This document shows positions 58,422 to 64,000 of a stretch of 64,000 nucleotides of DNA, piece after piece. Positions within the stretch are counted from its first letter, which is position 1. Each line of letters starts with the position of its first letter. The DNA is from an uncultured Gammaproteobacteria bacterium (GTDB taxonomy: Bacteria > Patescibacteriota > Microgenomatia > Levybacterales > UBA12049). The notes under the pieces were generated by a model. It was given only the letters and a program-made list of their open reading frames with translations, made no database searches and was not told the DNA's origin. Where the stretch lies: NCBI GenBank assembly GCA_964507055.1, contig CAZDOJ010000001.1, positions 721,313-785,312 of the forward strand, given 5' to 3'. The translations under genes and the position numbers were made by a program.

Positions 58422-59076
58422 AACCAAAGCCACGAACAGAGTGCAGTAGCTTTTTCTCAGAATCTGAATCTACTTTCTTTCGGAGATATCCCATGTAGAC
58501 ATCGACGACACGGGTTTCAACATCACTTGAGTATAACCAGATTCGGGAAAGAATCATTTCTCGAGTAAGGATACGACCTTTGTTACTCATTAAATATTGC
58601 AATAATTTAAATTCCTGTGGAGTTAATTGGATTTGCTTGCCACTTCTTTTTACTTCCATTGTCTTTGAATCTAGTTCTAAATCTGCAACTTTCAAAACAG
58701 CTTCATTACTAACTTGTTTTCTGAGTCGGGCTTTAATACGAGCGAGAAATTCATCAGCGACAAATGGCTTTGTCATATAATCATCTGCACCAAGGTTTAA
58801 TCCTTCAACAATATCGTTAATTGAGTCTTTTGCTGTAAGAATGATTATTGGGAGGTCTTTATACTTCTTACGAATTTCGCGAGTAACTGCTTCACCTGAC
58901 ATAACTGGAAGTCCAAGATCCATAACTACTAAATCAGGTTCAGTTTTTTTGAAGTAATCTAAGGCTGCGATACCATCAGAAACAGTATGCACGGAGTATC
59001 CGTTATCAAGAAGTAATTCTTTAAGATATTTTTGCAATCCACGGTCGTCTTCGACCACTAATATTGTTTGCATCAT
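58405..59076 (-). CDS. OmpR/PhoB-family response regulator
   Basis: ILVVEDDRGL, DLVVMDLGLP, KPF, and winged helix LTPQEFKLLQYL...GFGYVI. Start trimmed to MMQTIL, with TGcTATAAT 10 nt upstream. Confidence 0.9.
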   Translation of the reverse strand: MMQTILVVEDDRGLQKYLKELLLDNGYSVHTVSDGIAALDYFKKTEPDLVVMDLGLPVMSGEAVTREIRKKYKDLPIIILTAKDSINDIVEGLNLGADDYMTKPFVADEFLARIKARLRKQVSNEAVLKVADLELDSKTMEVKRSGKQIQLTPQEFKLLQYLMSNKGRILTREMILSRIWLYSSDVETRVVDVYMGYLRKKVDSDSEKKLLHSVRGFGYVIKE

Positions 59077-59147
59077 AACTCGTGCCATTATAGCAACAAA
59101 TGTAAGAACGCACAACTCATAAAATAGCGTATGTAAAAAATTTCAAG

Positions 59148-60377
59148 TTAGAGAGATTTTCGTGGCCCATCTTCCGGCCCATCTTCTTCACCTGACCAAT
59201 CAACTTCTCCTCCCAATGAATCAAGGGGAGAGTCGTCTGAATCCAATGGAGGCATAGAAGGTGGCGGCGTTTTAGGAGCTTCATGTGTAATCCACACACC
59301 CATTGGATCAAAGCCAGTTACCTCAGCAGTTCGTTGATCAATAGTTAATGGATCTCGGAGATCTGCAATATAGTATTCGACTCCCAATAGACTTGGATCT
59401 GTTACTTTATATCCTAAAATTTCACTTACTTGGTCAACAACTTTTTGGGTTGCTGTAGCCCGAGCTTCCACAATCTCTTCGGCAGTTGGATCCTCTTTGC
59501 CAGCTAGGGCATCAGTTGTGAAAGCATCAATTTCCAGCTGCCAACGAGACTGTGCAGCTGCTATATTTTCTTTGACTGGTTGTGCATACATTTCCAATTC
59601 TTGAGCATTGGCACGCAATCCTTTTGTTTTGTCTATATATTCTCGAATTGCTTCACGCTCCAAATCTTGTCCTACAGTAGCTTCTCGCATTATTCGTGCA
59701 GCTTGTACACTATCGAATGCTTCTGCATACTTTCCACGTTCGAAATCGCCAAAAAATGTATCCATTCGCTCTCTAAGTCCTTCTGGATCAGTCATCCCTA
59801 CTCTATAAAAAATGGGACCGAGATTTCCATTACTATGGATCTTTTCCCCTGTAATAATACTGACTCTTTTTAGGACTTCTTCTTGTGCTCTTGAGTTGGC
59901 CTCAAATGGTGGATGATATTGCGAGTACCTATTAACAAGAGTTGTATGTTCTTCCTCAAACAGAAACTGAACAGCCTCAATATGACTTACGACCCCATAT
60001 CTAAAATCGGAATATTCGTTTACTTCATGTATACCGTCACTCGTGTGAGAGGGATCTCTGTGGTATCTTTCCCGAAATAATTGTAGGGTTATTTCATCCC
60101 GATGTTGGGTGAATGATTTTTCATCACGACCCTCTGAATAAGTATTTGGATGTTTCGAAGGTCTCTGATGTATATCATGGGTAAAAAGTTGTATCCCGGG
60201 ATCCCTAGGATCTATCATTCCTTTATCCAGCCATTCTTCCTGGGCAATTTCTTGGGCACGACGTGCGTATCTGCCACGGAATGTGAACCGTGAGGTTGCT
60301 TTAAAAGTTTCCCATCGTTCGCGGAAACCTTGTTTGGGTTGATCTGGTCTACCTGGTTGTGATTCTGGGTTTTTCAT
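59148..60377 (-). CDS. acidic soluble protein of unknown function carrying the C-terminal VDWSG-DGPE tail
   Basis: 409-aa ORF with no TM segment and no motif I recognise. The C-terminus DSDDSPLDSLGGEVDWSGEEDGPEDGPRKSL matches the tail of the upstream gene. Confidence 0.6.
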   Translation of the reverse strand: MKNPESQPGRPDQPKQGFRERWETFKATSRFTFRGRYARRAQEIAQEEWLDKGMIDPRDPGIQLFTHDIHQRPSKHPNTYSEGRDEKSFTQHRDEITLQLFRERYHRDPSHTSDGIHEVNEYSDFRYGVVSHIEAVQFLFEEEHTTLVNRYSQYHPPFEANSRAQEEVLKRVSIITGEKIHSNGNLGPIFYRVGMTDPEGLRERMDTFFGDFERGKYAEAFDSVQAARIMREATVGQDLEREAIREYIDKTKGLRANAQELEMYAQPVKENIAAAQSRWQLEIDAFTTDALAGKEDPTAEEIVEARATATQKVVDQVSEILGYKVTDPSLLGVEYYIADLRDPLTIDQRTAEVTGFDPMGVWITHEAPKTPPPSMPPLDSDDSPLDSLGGEVDWSGEEDGPEDGPRKSL

Positions 60378-60385
60378 AAAGAGTC

Positions 60386-60414
60386 ATTATAATCGAAAGA
60401 TTAGGCACAAGCAA
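60386..60414 (-). promoter_or_regulatory. promoter TTGCTT-17-TATAAT, ATG 8 nt after the -10 (leaderless-type)
   Basis: Minus strand reads TTGCTTgtgcctaatctttcgatTATAATgactctttATG. Confidence 0.55.
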
Positions 60415-60437
60415 GTCTACAGTAAATATCTTATAGA

Positions 60438-63239
60438 TTACAGTGTCTTTTGCTGATCTGTTTCTGGACCATCATTGTCGCCAGACCAGTCCACACCAGA
60501 ATTTAACTCCTCCAATGAGATATCATCTTCAGAGAATTGCGGACGATCTTCACCTGATTGACCAGCGTGAGGAGTAGAACCTGGAAGTTTCTTTTCAAGA
60601 AGACCTTCTTTTTGCAGTGATCGGACAATCTTCCTTGTTTCATTAAATGTAAGCCCGGTAATTGTTGCTATTTCGTCCAATGTAGCATGAGGTCGTAACT
60701 GTATAATCTGATCTCGTTGTCGTTGTTGTGCTTCAAGAACTTCCTCTGTTGGAGAAGTATCTATTCCTTTCTTATCGAGAATAGCTTTTGCATCGTATAA
60801 GGATTCCAATGGATAATTGGTCTCTTCATGTATCTGTTTAATTGACTTACCAGCACGTAAACCGATAATCAGTGCTTCACGACGATCATTTCTCACAACA
60901 TCACTTGTATCTTGCCAGTTCACAACATACCCATAATCACCTGCCTCGGTCAACCTTCGAGCAATATTTTCTTCACTAAGATAGACCGTTCTTGAAATAT
61001 CTTTTATTCGGCTTCCTTCGTTATAAAGAGTAATAACCTCATCGTATCGATCACGTATTTCCTCAGCGGTTCGACCCTGAAGATCTGTAGGAATTTGAGA
61101 TAGTACTGTATCTACCATTGGCTTTATAAGTTCCCATGAAACCCTATCTTGCACTTTACTTGCATAGGTACTCCATGCATGACGCATAGATCTTGCATCG
61201 CTTTCTTGATCATCCATATGCGGTGCAAAAATCTCAGCAACTCTTGCTAAGGAGTATGGACTGCCGAAAGGATCTTCATTACCTGCTTGTGATTCAACTG
61301 TTGTAAAGTATGTTTGCTTGAGAGTGGAGAGATCAGTTCTTGAAAGATCCATTCGGCTGAGTAATTCTTCGGCAGCATCTCTTCGGTCAACAGACCAAGC
61401 AGCGTCATTTCCAATTCCCCGAATTAACCGAGCAGCAAGATCTGTGGATTGGTCTGGAGTTAGTTCATTCATAGCAGCCATTGCTTCTGCTCTTACAGTG
61501 GTCCATTCAGCAGGATCACTGTGATAAAACTTCCACAGGTGGTTATCACCTAAATATTTTTCTATTATTTGCACTTGAGGATCAAGTTCATCAGGCCGGA
61601 GTAGTTTTATTTCACCCTTCGCGAGTGCACGTATCGATTCAAGATCACCCTCCACCTTTAAAGCATCTGCGTGGATCAGATGTTCCATCAGATCATCGAC
61701 ACGTCCCATACTTTTATCCCAAGTAGTTGATCCCATACTATTCAAATTAACAGCTCTTACCCATGTATCTCTGATATCCCAAAGCCCTTGGGTATCTGTT
61801 TGCAATACTTCAGCAAGGATAGTTCCTGACTGCAATAGAAGATTTGGATCGGAGGTATTACTCTGATTTTCTACTGCCCATAAATACCGCTCGGTCAATA
61901 CATTAGAATCTAAGCCTTCAAGATCTACCCCTCTTAAAAGCTGTAAAGCAACGTATTTTGCATTCCCCTCTCTCCCCATTTTGCTAATGAGAGCTCTAGT
62001 AAACCACGTTCTTTCTTTTGTGTTTAATCTATTTATATCGTGCACTGCACCTTTGTATTCGTCACTTGCAGTTCGGCGATCAAGAAATCTCTTATACTGA
62101 CTGGCAAACAATCTATATTCCAAAGTTGCGGCATTAAACTCAGTCCTTTTTTCTTCAGCTTCGTTCGTTTCTGGTACTTCAGGGACTTCACCACCTTGTT
62201 GTACCCAATAATCCAGTATATGTTCATCTGTACTTAACTTTTGTAAAGTATTTTTATACACACGTCTAACAGTCATCGAAGAGATACCCATTCTTTCCGC
62301 TATTATCTCTTGTGTTACACCATCTTTGAAAACCGCTTCAAGAATATCCCGCTCTCGTTCTGTTAAACTCTCAGTCACAGTATCAAATACGTTATGAACA
62401 TCAACTGGTGTAGCCATAGACCTAGTAAGATATTCCTCTACTGTATCCTCTGGTACTACTCCTATTTCCTTAAAAATCATTCCAATGGCGGTTTGTATAT
62501 GTAAATCAATTGGCTGAGAATCCATCGTACTGAGATGTTCAGCAATAGCTTGTCTTGTAGGCATTTCTCCGTGTTGCTCGAAATAATTATTAGCAAATGA
62601 ATAGCCCTCCAGATAAACTAACTGAGCAATTCTGGGAATTCTAATCTCATCATCTTGTTGAACTCGTGCCTCAAAAATTGCACTTCTTACTCTTCTTGTA
62701 GCATATTGATAATAATCTACGCCTGAATCAGGATCATAGTCATCGAGTACATTGGTAAGCTCTGCTAGTCCTTCTTGAAACCTATCTTCAATTGTCATAT
62801 GCTTTGTGGTATGCCTTCGGGCAGGTCCAAGGATAATACCGAGACTACAGTTTAAAAGAAGTTGTGATACAGAATTACTCTCTGTAATTACTGCCTCGAA
62901 TTCCTGTTGAAATTTATTACTATTTTCTGGTGTATTGGTTCCAAAGGCTTCATTCGTTTGAATATCTGACAGTAACTCTGTACGCTGCGTATGCATTTGC
63001 TTTCGTGCTGAGGGTGTAGGATTCTCATTATAGTTATTGACTATAGATTTTTCTTGTGTGTATGCTCGAAACAAAACTGACCATTGACGCTGTGACAATT
63101 TCTGAGGATACCGAATAATTTTATTCCAGTAATCTGCATGCAAAGAAATGCTCCCAGCACCTTCTTCACGGGCTCTGTCAGCATATTCTTCTTCCCTAAA
63201 TCGGCGAGCAACCGCACCAGGTCTATTTCTCTCTGTCAT
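60438..63239 (-). CDS. sigma-70-family-like protein with ~570-aa C-terminal extension (internal repeats, three extra HTH modules, acidic VDWSG-DGPE tail)
   Basis: Region 2-like EDRFQEGLAELTNVLDDYDPDSGVDYYQYATRRVRSAI. Region 3-like IRIPRIAQLV...GEMPTRQAIAEHL. Region 4 LTERERDILEAVFKDGVTQEIIAERMGISSMTVRRVYKNTLQKL. Three further HTH-like units precede the tail. Confidence 0.65.
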   Translation of the reverse strand: MTERNRPGAVARRFREEEYADRAREEGAGSISLHADYWNKIIRYPQKLSQRQWSVLFRAYTQEKSIVNNYNENPTPSARKQMHTQRTELLSDIQTNEAFGTNTPENSNKFQQEFEAVITESNSVSQLLLNCSLGIILGPARRHTTKHMTIEDRFQEGLAELTNVLDDYDPDSGVDYYQYATRRVRSAIFEARVQQDDEIRIPRIAQLVYLEGYSFANNYFEQHGEMPTRQAIAEHLSTMDSQPIDLHIQTAIGMIFKEIGVVPEDTVEEYLTRSMATPVDVHNVFDTVTESLTERERDILEAVFKDGVTQEIIAERMGISSMTVRRVYKNTLQKLSTDEHILDYWVQQGGEVPEVPETNEAEEKRTEFNAATLEYRLFASQYKRFLDRRTASDEYKGAVHDINRLNTKERTWFTRALISKMGREGNAKYVALQLLRGVDLEGLDSNVLTERYLWAVENQSNTSDPNLLLQSGTILAEVLQTDTQGLWDIRDTWVRAVNLNSMGSTTWDKSMGRVDDLMEHLIHADALKVEGDLESIRALAKGEIKLLRPDELDPQVQIIEKYLGDNHLWKFYHSDPAEWTTVRAEAMAAMNELTPDQSTDLAARLIRGIGNDAAWSVDRRDAAEELLSRMDLSRTDLSTLKQTYFTTVESQAGNEDPFGSPYSLARVAEIFAPHMDDQESDARSMRHAWSTYASKVQDRVSWELIKPMVDTVLSQIPTDLQGRTAEEIRDRYDEVITLYNEGSRIKDISRTVYLSEENIARRLTEAGDYGYVVNWQDTSDVVRNDRREALIIGLRAGKSIKQIHEETNYPLESLYDAKAILDKKGIDTSPTEEVLEAQQRQRDQIIQLRPHATLDEIATITGLTFNETRKIVRSLQKEGLLEKKLPGSTPHAGQSGEDRPQFSEDDISLEELNSGVDWSGDNDGPETDQQKTL

Positions 63240-63248
63240 AATCGAATG

Positions 63249-63277
63249 ATTATACTCCTGTTCTTCATCAAACTCAA
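63249..63277 (-). promoter_or_regulatory. promoter TTGAGT-17-TATAAT, ATG 9 nt after the -10 (leaderless-type)
   Basis: Minus strand reads TTGAGTttgatgaagaacaggagTATAATcattcgattATG. Confidence 0.55.
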
Positions 63278-63526
63278 CCTATAGTGAGTTGACTCCAAAG
63301 AATAATTTATATTTAATAAAAAAGTTATGGGACATATAAATTATTTTACTATTCAACAATGATGAGCTTGACGAATTATTTTTTAATTGCTATAAATTTT
63401 ACACACCTTAATATTTTTTCAAATACTCTTCTGTATCTAAAATCTCATCATTTTATTAATTCCTTACAAAATATTTAATCATTTACACTTTTCTTACCAC
63501 TTTATGATTGAAAATTTATATGGGTC

Positions 63527-63555
63527 TTGACATAATAAAAGGTTGTTCATATACT
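63527..63555 (+). promoter_or_regulatory. promoter TTGACA-17-TATACT of the GH18-like gene
   Basis: TTGACA at 63527-63532, a 17-nt spacer, TATACT at 63550-63555, ATG at 63572. Confidence 0.55.
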
Positions 63556-63571
63556 GACTCACATAGCTCCT

Positions 63572-64000
63572 ATGAACAACTGCCCAGCCCAAAATCAACA
63601 GAAAGGAAGAACAGAAGTCAGTATTTTAGCCACGAATAATCCCACTCCAAAAGCTTCAAAGAAAGGAATCCTTTTTGCATTTGTAAATTGCTTCCTTATT
63701 ATCGTCTGCCTTTTACTCGCAGTCACCTCTGATCAATATAATTTGAATAAGATTTCAGAACTCGTTTCTCCTATGGCAGCGGCATCTGACACCAAACCAT
63801 CACTTACACCATTAAAAGAAACAAAAAAGGGATACCAAGTATATGGTTATGCTCCACATTGGACCTTTAACAAACTCGATGATGTTGATTTCGATGTCCT
63901 CACTACATTTGCTTATTTTGGAGTTCCGATGCAATCAGATGGAAGTTTAGATAGACAAGATAAAGGATATGAAGTATTCAAAAGTGACAAAGCAACACAA
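63572..64000 (+). CDS. membrane-anchored GH18-like (chitinase/YaaH-like) glycosyl hydrolase, 3' end cut by window edge
   Basis: Absent from the ORF track (open to the window end). My translation gives MNNCPAQNQQKGRTEV..., TM segment ILFAFVNCFLIIVCLLLAV, then YQVYGYAPHWTF...DFDVLTTFAYFGV, typical of GH18 N-termini. Confidence 0.5.
   Translation, partial: MNNCPAQNQQKGRTEVSILATNNPTPKASKKGILFAFVNCFLIIVCLLLAVTSDQYNLNKISELVSPMAAASDTKPSLTPLKETKKGYQVYGYAPHWTFNKLDDVDFDVLTTFAYFGVPMQSDGSLDRQDKGYEVFKSDKATQ

Noticed and set aside
8096-59115. N-terminal extensions of track ORFs (8096-9481, 12480-14096, 14005-14916, 34196-35677, 40061-40648, 40650-41156, 56814-58433, 58405-59115).
   Set aside because: The extensions overlap the preceding gene or a promoter box (34196 is the -35 hexamer itself). 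Internal Met codons give tight or 4-nt-overlap junctions and canonical N-termini, so I trimmed the starts.
1131-61726. Many 60-136-aa track ORFs are nested in, or antisense to, long genes. Examples: 1131-1427, 2797-3051, 5466-5748, 7277-7649, 16024-16368, 26314-26718, 28060-28416, 34447-34857, 36100-36489, 36825-37193, 49675-50001, 51223-51594, 52097-52412, 54050-54334, 59117-59311, 59580-59873, 61318-61726.
   Set aside because: Each lies wholly inside a longer ORF that carries strong family motifs. Their translations are low-complexity or codon-shadow-like, and none has its own SD or promoter signal.
59148-63239. Visibly higher G+C in the sigma-like/partner gene pair than in the glycosylation island. 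Considered as evidence of horizontal acquisition.
   Set aside because: lon, glnA and other soluble-protein genes also look G+C-richer than the Phe/Ile/Lys/Asn-rich membrane-protein genes, so amino-acid composition may explain the shift. There are no flanking repeats, tRNA target or integrase. It needs a computed GC and codon-usage comparison before any claim.
63278-63289. The minus strand reads ACTCACTATAGG, a 12/12 match to the core of the phage T7 class III promoter. It is embedded in a small hairpin TCAAC-tcactatag-GTTGA, about 40 nt upstream of the sigma-like gene.
   Set aside because: The specificity-determining upstream part of a T7-type promoter (TAATACG) is absent, and no single-subunit RNAP gene is in the window. 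The same bases are explained by the -35 region (TTGAGT) of a good sigma-70-type promoter. Most likely a coincidence. It could be revisited if a phage-type RNAP is found in the genome.
1-64000. Looked for CRISPR arrays, transposases or integrases, terminal inverted repeats, prophage genes, toxin-antitoxin pairs and known defence-system signatures.
   Set aside because: I could see no regularly spaced direct repeats, no recombinase or transposase motifs and no defence-type ATPase or nuclease genes in any frame.

Overview
AT-rich, gene-dense bacterial window with about 65 protein genes and 1 tRNA. No transposase, integrase, CRISPR array or rRNA was recognised. The gene content (stacked GT-C/GT2 glycosyltransferases, DUF5652, a class F sortase, many leaderless-looking genes) resembles a Patescibacteria/CPR (Microgenomates-like) genome; this is inference only. 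Layout: (a) 1-34.1 kb is an almost unbroken minus-strand envelope-glycosylation super-island. It holds an RmlD-like gene, a methyltransferase, 8 GT2 (4 of them polyprenol-phosphate-sugar-synthase-like), 3 GT4, 2 Wzx-like flippases, 2 tandem GalE, 10 large polytopic GT-C-like membrane proteins and one secreted Ser/Thr-rich protein. (b) 34.2-38.5 kb is a plus-strand block: glnA, NUDIX, Rsm22-like methyltransferase, SDR, tRNA-Glu(CUC). (c) 38.5-48.5 kb holds an 11th GT-C-like protein, DUF1003, ogt, an acyltransferase-3, a CsoR/RcnR-family metal operon with a textbook operator, an AlkZ/YcaQ-like protein, GH5 and a CaCA exchanger. (d) 48.5-59.1 kb holds receiver domains, lon with a CIRCE-like palindrome in its promoter, a small Thr-rich secreted peptide followed by sortase and a CheY-like gene, three small stress proteins with identical strong SDs, Crp/Fnr, a soluble histidine kinase, GH13 and an OmpR-type regulator. 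(e) 59.1-63.2 kb is the most unusual part. Two adjacent, individually promoted, apparently leaderless genes encode a 933-aa sigma-70-like protein with a ~570-aa multi-HTH extension and a 409-aa acidic protein. The two share a conserved ~30-aa C-terminal tail (VDWSG-x2-DGPE...K[ST]L) that I cannot assign to any known family. A partial GH18-like gene closes the window.
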